Shown: in pieces, positions 47,875-56,475 of the stretch
How positions within the stretch are numbered: position 1 is the first letter of the stretch
How the letters are laid out: each line of letters begins with the position of its first letter
Assembly (NCBI RefSeq): GCF_035546795.1
Contig: NZ_DASZWC010000065.1
Coordinates: forward strand, 15,978-79,977
From: Amycolatopsis sp.
Lineage (GTDB): Bacteria; Actinomycetota; Actinomycetes; Mycobacteriales; Pseudonocardiaceae
Direction of reading: 5' to 3'
Length of the DNA: 64,000 nt
The notes under the pieces: generated by a model
What the model saw: the letters and a program-made list of their open reading frames with translations, nothing else
The model's database searches: none
Told to the model about the DNA's origin: nothing
Position numbers and translations under genes: made by a program

Positions 47875-48570
47875 ATGAGGAACGTGATCGTCACCGATAC
47901 GCCGCGGGCCGACATCGAGAAGGTCGACAAGCTCGCCGAGTACGGGGTCGCCACTGTGCACGAAGCGTTGGGGCGCACGGGTTTCCTCGGTCCGCGGCTG
48001 CGCCCGGTGCACCTGGGTTCGCGGATCGGCGGTACCGCGGTGACGGTGGTCAGCTGGCCGGGCGACAACCTGATGATCCACGCGGCCGTCGAACAGTGCC
48101 GCCCCGGTGACGTGCTCGTGGTGACCACGACGTCCCCCAGTACCGACGGCATGTTCGGCGAACTGTTCGCCACCGCGCTGCAGGTCCGCGGCGTACGCGG
48201 GCTCATCACCGAGGCAGGCGTCCGTGACGTGACTGATCTAGACGCGATGGGCTTTCCCGTGTGGTCCGCCGCGGTCAGCGCCCAGGGCACGGTGAAGGCG
48301 ACGGCCGGCGCGGTGAACGTGCCGGTCAGCATTGGTGGCCAGCAGATCCGCCCCGGCGACGCGATCCTCGCCGACGACGACGGCGTGATGGTGGTCCCGC
48401 GCGCGGACGTCGACCGCGGGTTGGAGCGATCGCAGGTGCGCCTCGAAAAGGAGGAAGCGACCCGCGCGGCGTTCCGTGAGGGTGAGCTGGGCCTCGACAG
48501 GTACGGGCTTCGCGCGAAGCTGGCCGAGCTCGGCGTCGAGTACGTGACGGCGGAGGAGTACGGACTGTGA
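47875..48570 (+). CDS. 4-carboxy-4-hydroxy-2-oxoadipate aldolase (LigK/GalC, RraA family)
   Basis: GVATVHEA.GR, PGDNLMIHAAVE, GMFGEL, GVRDV, GTVKAT.G.VN, ADDDGV. Confidence 0.88.
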   Translation: MRNVIVTDTPRADIEKVDKLAEYGVATVHEALGRTGFLGPRLRPVHLGSRIGGTAVTVVSWPGDNLMIHAAVEQCRPGDVLVVTTTSPSTDGMFGELFATALQVRGVRGLITEAGVRDVTDLDAMGFPVWSAAVSAQGTVKATAGAVNVPVSIGGQQIRPGDAILADDDGVMVVPRADVDRGLERSQVRLEKEEATRAAFREGELGLDRYGLRAKLAELGVEYVTAEEYGL

Positions 48571-49622
48571 ACGGCGTGCGCTGCCTGTTGATGCGCGGCG
48601 GAACGTCCAAGGGCGCGTACTTCCTCGCCGAGGACCTGCCGTCGGACCCGGCCGAGCGGCATGACCTGTTGCTGCGTGTCATGGGCAGCCCCGACCCGCG
48701 CCAGATCGACGGCATCGGTGGCGCGCACCCGCTGACCAGCAAGGTGGCCGTGGTCTCCAGATCGACTCGAGAAGAGTCCGATGTGGACTATCTCTTCCTG
48801 CAGCTCGGCGTAGGCGAAGCGACCGTCTCCGACCGTCAGAACTGCGGAAACCTGTTGGCGGGCGTCGGCCCGTTCGCGGTGGAGCGCGGGCTGATCGAGC
48901 CAGGCGAGGAAACCACGACGGTCCGGATCCACCAGGTCAACTCGGATTCGGTGGCCGCCGCTACCTTCGAAACTCCCGGCGGAGTCGTGAAGTACGACGG
49001 CGAAACCGCCATCTCCGGGGTGCCGGGCACGGCCGCGCCGATCACGCTCGATTTCACCGGCACCGAAGGGTCCTCGTGCGGCAGCCTGCTGCCGACCGGC
49101 AACCTGCGCGACGTGCTCGATGGCGTCGAGGTCACCTGCATCGACAACGGAATGCCCGTGGTCGTGGTGGCGGCGAAGGATTTCGGCCTCACCGGCTACG
49201 AAACCCTCGACGAGCTCAGGGATCCCGCGCTCGTGGCACGCGTGCAGTCGTTGCGGCTGCAGGCCGGGAAACTGATGGGACTCGGCGACGTCGACGGTGC
49301 GTCGATCCCGAAGACCACGTTCGTCGCCCCGCCGCAGGACGGCGGAACCCTGTGCACCCGCACGTACATCCCGCTCGAACCGCACACGTCGATCGGTGTG
49401 CTCGGCGCCGTGACCGTCGGTACGGCGGCATTGCTGGAAGGCGCTGTCGGGCATGACATCGCGCGGCTGTCCGGCAACCGGCTCGACATCGAGCACCCGA
49501 CCGGCCACCTCCAGGTCGAGGTCGAGCTGGATGGCCCGAAGGTGCGCCGCGCCGGTGTCGTGCGCACCGCGCGGAAGCTGTTCGACGGCACGGTTTTTCC
49601 CCGTAGCCAGGAGGATCGATGA
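48567..49622 (+). CDS. 4-oxalomesaconate tautomerase (PrpF/GalD family)
   Basis: MRGGTSKG, GSPDPRQIDGIGG..LTSKVA, NCGN, IDNGMP, EHPTG, RTARKLFDG. Confidence 0.88.
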   Translation: MNGVRCLLMRGGTSKGAYFLAEDLPSDPAERHDLLLRVMGSPDPRQIDGIGGAHPLTSKVAVVSRSTREESDVDYLFLQLGVGEATVSDRQNCGNLLAGVGPFAVERGLIEPGEETTTVRIHQVNSDSVAAATFETPGGVVKYDGETAISGVPGTAAPITLDFTGTEGSSCGSLLPTGNLRDVLDGVEVTCIDNGMPVVVVAAKDFGLTGYETLDELRDPALVARVQSLRLQAGKLMGLGDVDGASIPKTTFVAPPQDGGTLCTRTYIPLEPHTSIGVLGAVTVGTAALLEGAVGHDIARLSGNRLDIEHPTGHLQVEVELDGPKVRRAGVVRTARKLFDGTVFPRSQEDR

Positions 49623-50575
49623 CGACCCTGCGACACGATGTCGCCCATGTCGGGCACGTGGAGCTGCTCACCCCCGAACCCGAGAAGAGCCTGTGGTTCT
49701 TCACGGAGGTGATGGGCCTGACCGAAAACGGGCGCGACGGGGATTCGGTGTACCTGCGCACCTGGGACGACTATGAGCACCACAGCCTGAAACTGACCGC
49801 GCACAACACTTCCGGCATCCGCCGCACCGCGTTGCGCGCGTCGAGCCAGGAGGCGTTGGAGCGCCGCGTCAAGGTGATCGACGAGGCAGGCCGCGGCATC
49901 GGCTGGATCGACGGCGACGCCGGAATCGGCCCGGCGTACCTGTGCACCGACCCGGACGGGCACGAATTCGAGCTGTACTGGGAAAGCGAATGGTACGAGG
50001 CGCCGGAGGAACTACGCCCGGCGCTGAAAAACCAGGCGCAGGCCTACCCCGGCCGCGGTGTGTGCGTACGCCGGCTCGACCACGTCAACTTCCTCGCCGC
50101 CGACGTGGAGGCCAACGGCAATTTCGTGCGCGACCTGCTCGGCGCGCGCGCGACCGAGCAGATCCGGCTGGACACCGGACGGCTGGGCGCGCAGTGGCTG
50201 CACTTCGGGAACAAGTCCTACGACCTCGTGTACACAAGCGACTGGATGGGCAGCACGGGCCGCCTGCACCACATCGCCTTCGCCACCGACACGCGCGAAG
50301 ACATCCTGCGGGCCGCGGATATCTTTCTGGAGAACGAAGTCTTCATCGAGACGGGCCCGCACAAGCACGCGATCCAGCAGACTTTCTTCCTGTATGTGTA
50401 CGAACCCGGCGGCAACCGGATCGAACTGTGCAACCCGGTCGCCCGCCTGATCCTCGCGCCCGACTGGCCCACCATCACCTGGACCGAGGCCGAACGCGCG
50501 AAGGGTCAGGCTTGGGGTTTGAAGACCATCGAGTCCTTCCACACGCACGGAACGCCGCCGGTACCCAACGCCTGA
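49619..50575 (+). CDS. Catechol 2,3-dioxygenase (VOC-type extradiol dioxygenase)
   Basis: GHVELLTP, RRLDHVN, GRLHHIAF, GPHKHAIQQTFFLYVYEPGGNRIE. Confidence 0.88.
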   Translation: MTTLRHDVAHVGHVELLTPEPEKSLWFFTEVMGLTENGRDGDSVYLRTWDDYEHHSLKLTAHNTSGIRRTALRASSQEALERRVKVIDEAGRGIGWIDGDAGIGPAYLCTDPDGHEFELYWESEWYEAPEELRPALKNQAQAYPGRGVCVRRLDHVNFLAADVEANGNFVRDLLGARATEQIRLDTGRLGAQWLHFGNKSYDLVYTSDWMGSTGRLHHIAFATDTREDILRAADIFLENEVFIETGPHKHAIQQTFFLYVYEPGGNRIELCNPVARLILAPDWPTITWTEAERAKGQAWGLKTIESFHTHGTPPVPNA

Positions 50576-50731
50576 ACCGTGGCCGCGGTCGCGGACCACC
50601 TAAACCGCTCCCGCGGCACGGAAGCGATCTCCTGACCTCGCACCGAATATGTGAGGTCGCGAGTCCCGCGGCCGGAGACGGGGGAGTGACCCCTTCGTGC
50701 CCCGGCCCCGCCGGGAGCCGGGGCGGACGGG

Positions 50732-50805
50732 TGCGCCCGGAGAGACTCGAACTCTCACTGGCACGGACCTAAACCGTGTGCCTCTGCCAATTGGGCTACG
50801 GGCGC
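50732..50805 (-). tRNA. tRNA-Leu (anticodon UAG), short variable loop, CCA not encoded
   Basis: Reverse complement folds as GCGCCCG-TA-GCCC AATTGGCAGA GGC-A-CACGG TTTAGGT CCGTG-CCAGT-GAGAG TTCGAGT CTCTC-CGGGCGC-A. Confidence 0.93.
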
Positions 50806-50914
50806 GACATCTGCCAGCCTAGCGTCGGCACCCGCGCCGTGTTTGCGGCGTGGCCGGTACGCCCCGCCCGGGGCCGTGATCTACGGTGGTGCCCTGTCAA
50901 GCTGAGGAGGACTG

Positions 50915-51136
50915 GTGGCCCGCGACCCCGACACCATCGAGCGTGAGATCGAACAGGCCCGCGAGGCACTGGCGTCGACGTTGGACGAGCTCGGCGAGAA
51001 GGCCAACCCGAAGAAGTTGGCCGACTCCGCCAAGACCAGTGTGCTGGCCAAGCTCGAGGACCCCAAGGTGAAGTACCCGCTCATCGGCGCCGGCGTGGTG
51101 ATCGTCGCGCTGCTGGTGCGCAAGCTGTTCCGCTGA
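50915..51136 (+). CDS. DUF3618 family small membrane protein
   Basis: RDPDTIEREIEQAREALASTLDEL..ANPK; C-terminal TM helix; GAGGAGG SD. Confidence 0.82.
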   Translation: MARDPDTIEREIEQAREALASTLDELGEKANPKKLADSAKTSVLAKLEDPKVKYPLIGAGVVIVALLVRKLFR

Positions 51137-51138
51137 GC

Positions 51139-51609
51139 TCAGCTCCGGGCTGACGGGACCGTGGCCTTGGCCACGGTCACCGAGCCCGTGGCGGCCGGCA
51201 GGTTCTGCGCAGGTTTCGCGCTCTCCAGCGCGTCACCGATGTCGGCGGTCAGCTTCGCCTTCCTGGCCGCCTTGTTCTTCGGTTTTCCCGCCGGTTCGTC
51301 CTTCGCCTGCTCGGGGACCGTGTCCGGCTTGCCGGAGCCCTGCGCGGGCACTTCGAGCGGAGCGGATTCCGGCCGGGTCAGCCGCGCAGTCATGTACGCC
51401 GCGGTGAACTCCAGCGCGCTGCCGTTGAGCAGATGGACGACGGTCGCCCCCTTCGCGGCCGCCCCCAGTTGGTCAACTAGTTGATCGACGCTGTCACGCG
51501 CCGCGATGATGCCCGGCGCGCGACTGGTCAGTGTCTTGTCCTGACCCGCGACGGTGACGGTCCAGTCGTCGTCCTCCTGGACATAGATGGCCGTGATCGG
51601 TTCCGCCAT
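51139..51609 (-). CDS. Hypothetical protein
   Basis: High-GC codon usage; globular N-terminus (DDWTVTV..APGIIAARD) and low-complexity tail. Confidence 0.7.
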   Translation of the reverse strand: MAEPITAIYVQEDDDWTVTVAGQDKTLTSRAPGIIAARDSVDQLVDQLGAAAKGATVVHLLNGSALEFTAAYMTARLTRPESAPLEVPAQGSGKPDTVPEQAKDEPAGKPKNKAARKAKLTADIGDALESAKPAQNLPAATGSVTVAKATVPSARS

Positions 51610-51850
51610 TGTCTCCACACCCCTGCCACTGGCTGCTGTTCCGCTGCTGAGAGCGGATTACCGCCGTTCCGTGACGCCAGATCCGGTTAACCCGATCGGG
51701 CGCACTTGAGCCGCCGTTCGCCGAACTTTTTGTCGACCTCTATCGATACCCCAACACGACTCTGTGTGACAAGCAATCGACACAAATGTGCTGTGCGTGA
51801 CGACCACTTGGTCTAATGCACGTGCATCTGCACGGTTGCCGCAAAGAGCG

Positions 51851-52456
51851 TCACTGAGCGCGTTCGCGAAGACCGGTCCAGAGCACGTCCATCGCGAAAT
51901 CCGTAGCCCGATCAGGTGTCACTTCTTCGTGCCGCTCGCACCAGATGGCGAGTCGTTCGCACGCTCCGACAACGAATTCGGCGGTCGCTTCCACCCGCAG
52001 GGGGGACCCTCCGTCGAAATATCCCGTCATCAGCTTCGCGATCAGATCGGTCTGCTGGAGCCGGGTCGCCTCGATCTCGTCCGACGCGGTGGTGCCGATC
52101 AGCGCCATCTCGTGCCGCAACAGCGACCACGACTGCCGCCGCTCACGGATGTACACGAAAAATGCTCGCAAACCACGCCTGAGCGCCTCCTCGGCGGACG
52201 TGGCACCCGCGACCGCCTCTTCGGTCACCTCGCGCAGTTCGGCGCGCGACTGGGCGATACAGGCCAGCAACAGGCCTTCCTTCGAATGGAAGTACTCGTA
52301 CAGCATCGGTTTGGACACGCCGACCCGTTCGGCGATCTCGTCCATCGACGCCGCCACGTACCCCCGCTCGGCGAACACCGCCTCCGCGACGTCGAGCATC
52401 TGGCGCTCGCGCTCGGCCCGGGGCATGCGCTTCCGGCGGTTGGGGGTGTTGCTCAC
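51851..52456 (-). CDS. TetR/AcrR family regulator
   Basis: RMPRAERERQMLDVA..FAERGY..SMDEIA..GVSKPMLYEYF.SKEGL. Repeated TAC-N5-GTAA sites lie in the 52467-52510 intergenic region. Confidence 0.92.
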   Translation of the reverse strand: MSNTPNRRKRMPRAERERQMLDVAEAVFAERGYVAASMDEIAERVGVSKPMLYEYFHSKEGLLLACIAQSRAELREVTEEAVAGATSAEEALRRGLRAFFVYIRERRQSWSLLRHEMALIGTTASDEIEATRLQQTDLIAKLMTGYFDGGSPLRVEATAEFVVGACERLAIWCERHEEVTPDRATDFAMDVLWTGLRERAQ

Positions 52457-52538
52457 GTGATTGACTCTACCGGAAGTAACCTACTTCAAGTAAGGTGGAC
52501 TCGCGGTAACACCTAAGACGCTCGATGCGGAGGAAGTA

Positions 52539-54023
52539 ATGGGTGAGCGGACCGAGACGGGCGTGGTCATCGTCGGCACCGGGTTCTCCGGCCTTGGCAT
52601 GGCCATCCAGCTGCGCAAACAGGGGCGCGAGGACTTCGTGATCCTGGAGAAGGCGCACGAGGTCGGGGGCACCTGGCGGGACAACACCTATCCCGGATGC
52701 GCCTGCGACATCCAGTCGCACATGTACTCGTTCTCCTTCGAGCAGAACCCGAACTGGACGCGTTCGTTCTCCCCGCAGCCCGAGATCTGGGACTACCTGC
52801 GCGGGGTCGCGAAGAAGTACGACCTGTACCGGTTCATCCGGTTCGGCCAGGAGATGACCGGCGCGCGCTGGGATTCCGACGAGCACCGCTGGCACGTCGC
52901 CACGAGGGGCGGCGACGAGTTCGCGGGCAGGCACCTGGTCAACGGCGTGGGTGCGCTGCACCTGCCGCAGATTCCCGACCTGAAGGGCATCGAGAACTTC
53001 GAGGGCGAGAAGTTCCACTCGGCGCAGTGGAACCACGACTACGACCTGCGGGGCAAGCGAGTCGCGGTGGTGGGCACCGGTGCCAGTGCGATCCAGTTCG
53101 TCCCGGCCATCGCGCCCGACGTCGAGCGGCTGACACTGTTCCAGCGCACCCCGCCGTGGGTCATGCCCAAGCCCGACCACGCCATGCCGGAGTGGTCCCG
53201 GAACCTGTTCGACAAGGTTCCCGGCGTCCAGCGCGCCTACCGCAGCCTGCTGTATTGGACGCTCGAAGCCCGGGCGGTCGGCTTCAACGGGCATCCGAGC
53301 GTGATGAAGATCGGCCAGCTGCTGGCCAAGTCCAACATCGATCGCAGCATCAGTGACCCCGAGCTGCGCGCGAAGCTCACCCCGGACTACGTGATGGGCT
53401 GCAAGCGGGTGCTGATTTCCAACGACTACTACCCGGCGCTGGCCAGGGACAACGTGGACGTGGTCACCGACGGGGTGGCCGAGGTCAGGGCACACAGCAT
53501 CGTGGACAGCGCCGGCGTGGAGCACGAGGTGGACGCGATCATCTTCGGCACCGGCTTCCACGTGACCGATGCCTTCGACAACCTGGACATCATCGGCGAA
53601 GGCGGCCGCAACCTGTCCAAGGAGTGGGCGGGCGAGGGGATGCAGACCCACCTCGGCATCACGGTCGCCGGGTTCCCGAACCTGTTCTTCCTGCTCGGGC
53701 CGAACACCGGGCTCGGGCACAACTCGGTCGTCTTCATGATCGAGTCGCAGATCCGCTACATCGCCGAGGCGATCGAGCTGGTCGAGCGGAACGACGCGGG
53801 TGCGCTGGTGCCGCGGACCGATGTGCAGGCGCGGTTCAACGACGAGATCCAGCGCAAGCTGAACAAGGGTGTCTGGACGCAGGGCGGTTGCAAGAGCTGG
53901 TACCTCGACAGCAAGGGCGTGAACCGGACCGTGTGGCCCGGCTTCACCTGGCGGTACTGGCTCAACACCCGCAAGCTGCGCCCCGCCGACTTCGAACTAA
54001 TCGGCAGCGCAGGCAATAAGTAG
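52539..54023 (+). CDS. Flavin-containing (Baeyer-Villiger-type) monooxygenase
   Basis: IVGTGFSG, GGTWRDNTYPGCACD, FHSAQWNHD, VGTGASAIQ. Confidence 0.9.
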   Translation: MGERTETGVVIVGTGFSGLGMAIQLRKQGREDFVILEKAHEVGGTWRDNTYPGCACDIQSHMYSFSFEQNPNWTRSFSPQPEIWDYLRGVAKKYDLYRFIRFGQEMTGARWDSDEHRWHVATRGGDEFAGRHLVNGVGALHLPQIPDLKGIENFEGEKFHSAQWNHDYDLRGKRVAVVGTGASAIQFVPAIAPDVERLTLFQRTPPWVMPKPDHAMPEWSRNLFDKVPGVQRAYRSLLYWTLEARAVGFNGHPSVMKIGQLLAKSNIDRSISDPELRAKLTPDYVMGCKRVLISNDYYPALARDNVDVVTDGVAEVRAHSIVDSAGVEHEVDAIIFGTGFHVTDAFDNLDIIGEGGRNLSKEWAGEGMQTHLGITVAGFPNLFFLLGPNTGLGHNSVVFMIESQIRYIAEAIELVERNDAGALVPRTDVQARFNDEIQRKLNKGVWTQGGCKSWYLDSKGVNRTVWPGFTWRYWLNTRKLRPADFELIGSAGNK

Positions 54024-54052
54024 CGCCTGAGCCGGCGGGGCCTTTGCGGGGC

Positions 54053-54550
54053 CTACCCGCCCCCGCCGGGATCCAGGCCGCCCGGCGCCGGCGCGGACAT
54101 GGTCCGCAGCCTGGTCATCAGGTCGGTGACGGGGATGCCGCACAGCTCGGCCATCCGCTCCAGCGCGGGCCGGTCGAGCTGCACCTCGGTCGCCCCGGCG
54201 GCCTGGCGCATCCGGTCGTCGGCCCATCTGCGCAACGGCAGCAGTTCGACCTGGTGGTCCGCGACGATCCGCGCCAGGTCGAGCCGTACCTTCCCCGGCT
54301 CATCGGTGAAGACGCGCCGGTGCACCCTGGCCAGCAGATCCTGTGGCAATTCGTCCATCGCCAGGCACAGCTCCACCAGTCGCACCACCGAGCACTGGCG
54401 CGTGCCCAGTTCATAGGTCGCCAGCGTCTGCAGTGAGATGTCGCTCTGCAGGTGCTGGTTCAGCTCTTTGCGCGTCCAGCCACGCCGTCGGCGCAGCTTC
54501 CGAAGTTCCTCCCCCAGGACCCGTTGATAGACATCACTGTCGATGAGCAC
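54053..54550 (-). CDS. XRE-family regulator, BldD-like paralogue
   Basis: YQRVLGEELRKLR..TYELGTR..SVVRLVEL; C-terminal KVRLDLAR..PLRRWA..LERMA resembles the BldD two-domain layout. Confidence 0.7.
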   Translation of the reverse strand: MLIDSDVYQRVLGEELRKLRRRRGWTRKELNQHLQSDISLQTLATYELGTRQCSVVRLVELCLAMDELPQDLLARVHRRVFTDEPGKVRLDLARIVADHQVELLPLRRWADDRMRQAAGATEVQLDRPALERMAELCGIPVTDLMTRLRTMSAPAPGGLDPGGGG

Positions 54551-54741
54551 TCCTAGTCCCCTGCCTTGACCCTCGGTCGTACCGCACCCCTGCGCCGGTA
54601 CTTCCGGTCCAACCCGAGCGGTGTCCACGGGTATGTAAGTCGCTGACGGGCTCGCTCTTACGCCACTTCGGCCGAGTCGTTTGAAGTTCAGCGACGGATT
54701 AGGCCGTTCGGGCTAATGCGGCTGGACTGAAAAGAGCATGA

Positions 54742-56367
54742 TCAGTTCACGCAAGTGATGCCGTCGGCGGTGATCGGCTTGGTGTCGTCGGGCGGCGCCT
54801 GCGTCGTGCTGGCCGCCGAGGACTGGGCTGCGGCGGGCGCGATGTTCTCCGAAGTGGCCGGGCTGTAGTCGGAGCCGACCACCACGACCACGTGCCCGCC
54901 GGGAACCGACGCGTCCTGCTGCAGGGTGGGGTTCCCGCCCAGCGCGTCGGCCACGGCCTGCGCGGCGTCCTTCGCCCCGGACGGGTAGCGGACCGTGCTG
55001 CGGCTGGTGCGGCCGGTCGCGTTCTTCGTTTCGCCGCCGGTGAAACCCTTGGCGGTCAGAGCTTGCGAAACCGTCGCGGCCAGGCCTTCCTTCGCGGTCC
55101 CGTTGTGCACGTCCACCGTGGTTCCGGCGTTTTCCGAGGACGTGGGCGCCGGTGCCGCGGGCTTCGGCGCGCCGGTCAGGCCCTGCACGAACTGGTGCAC
55201 CTGGTTCGGGTCGACCTTGATCGCGCTGCCGTCCTCGGGGGTGTTGTAGTCCATGTTGACCACCGGGATGGTCTGGAACTGCAGCTGCCCGCCGGTCAGG
55301 CCCTTCATCTGCTGGGCGAAGCCCAGGATGTCCCAGCCCTGGTTGAGCACCACCGACTTCTTGATCGCGGCGGTCAGGTCCGAAAGCCTGCCGGGGTCGG
55401 TCAGCATCCCGGCCGTGAGCACCTTCTGCGCCATCCCGGCCATGAAGACCTGCTGCCGCACCACCCGGTCGAGGTCGCCGCGCGGCAGGCCGTGCCGCTG
55501 CCGGACGAACTCCAGCGCCTCCACCCCGGAGATCGTGTGCCTGCCCTTGGTGAACTTGGCACCGGAGTAGCTGTCGTCGACGTCCTCGTTCAGGCAGACG
55601 TCCACGCCGCCGATGGCCTTGGTGATGTCGGAGAATCCGAGCAGGTTGACCGAGGCATAGTTGTCGATCGCCGAACCGGTGAGCTGTTCCACGGTCGCGA
55701 TCAGCGTTTTCGCCCCGGCCTGGCTGCTCTTGAGCTCGACGTCCTTGGCGTCCGAGTCGCCCGAATCCTGCAGCTTCTTGCGCTCGGCCGCCTTTGCCCG
55801 CGCGTACGCGGAGTTGATCTTGTGCTGGCCGTAGCCGGGGATGTTCACATACGAGTCACGCGGCAGCGAGATCGCGACGGCTTTGCTGCCGTCGTTGGGA
55901 ATGTGCACCATGATCAGGGTGTCGGTGTTCTCCTCGCCGTCGGAGATACCGGCCCGCAGTTGGGCCAGCAGCGAATCCGGCAGCGGATTGCCCTGCGCGT
56001 CGGTCCGGCTGTCCATCCCGACGAGCAGGATGTCGCGGGCGCCGTCCGCGGGCTGGTCGCCACTGATCACGTCGGCGGTGGTCAGGCCGTTGACCAGACC
56101 CTGCATCGCGGCCCACGCGTAGCCGGTCAGGCTCACCACCAGCAGCGAGACGACCGCGACCACGATCTTCGCGCCGAACTTGCGACGTCGTGGCGGCGGT
56201 GGCGGGGCGATCGGGCGGCGCTTCGGCGGGGGGCCGGGGCGCCGGGGCGCCGGCCGGTCACCGGCGGCGGGCCGCCGTGCCGGGCCGACGTAGCGGGCGT
56301 CGGTGGGGCGTGCCTGCCGCGGTACGGGCCGTCGCTGCCCACGTTCGTTCCGCGGCGGATTGTCCAC
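54742..56367 (-). CDS. LCP (LytR-CpsA-Psr) cell-wall glycopolymer ligase with LytR_C domain
   Basis: ILLVGMDSR, TDTLIMVH, SLPRDS, KINSAY, RQRH..GDLDRVVRQQ, VDVHNGT..GLA. Confidence 0.92.
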   Translation of the reverse strand: MDNPPRNERGQRRPVPRQARPTDARYVGPARRPAAGDRPAPRRPGPPPKRRPIAPPPPPRRRKFGAKIVVAVVSLLVVSLTGYAWAAMQGLVNGLTTADVISGDQPADGARDILLVGMDSRTDAQGNPLPDSLLAQLRAGISDGEENTDTLIMVHIPNDGSKAVAISLPRDSYVNIPGYGQHKINSAYARAKAAERKKLQDSGDSDAKDVELKSSQAGAKTLIATVEQLTGSAIDNYASVNLLGFSDITKAIGGVDVCLNEDVDDSYSGAKFTKGRHTISGVEALEFVRQRHGLPRGDLDRVVRQQVFMAGMAQKVLTAGMLTDPGRLSDLTAAIKKSVVLNQGWDILGFAQQMKGLTGGQLQFQTIPVVNMDYNTPEDGSAIKVDPNQVHQFVQGLTGAPKPAAPAPTSSENAGTTVDVHNGTAKEGLAATVSQALTAKGFTGGETKNATGRTSRSTVRYPSGAKDAAQAVADALGGNPTLQQDASVPGGHVVVVVGSDYSPATSENIAPAAAQSSAASTTQAPPDDTKPITADGITCVN

Positions 56368-56475
56368 GCCAACGCCTCCTTCCCGACGGGTGTCCAGACC
56401 GATGGACGTGTCGACCCGTCACCCGGTTGCCGTAGCGTCGCATATCGATCAATGAATGTGGTTCACAACACCCGC

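Noticed and set aside
50580-50900. Integrative element at tRNA-Leu
   Set aside because: No integrase, and I saw no duplicated tRNA 3' end in the window.
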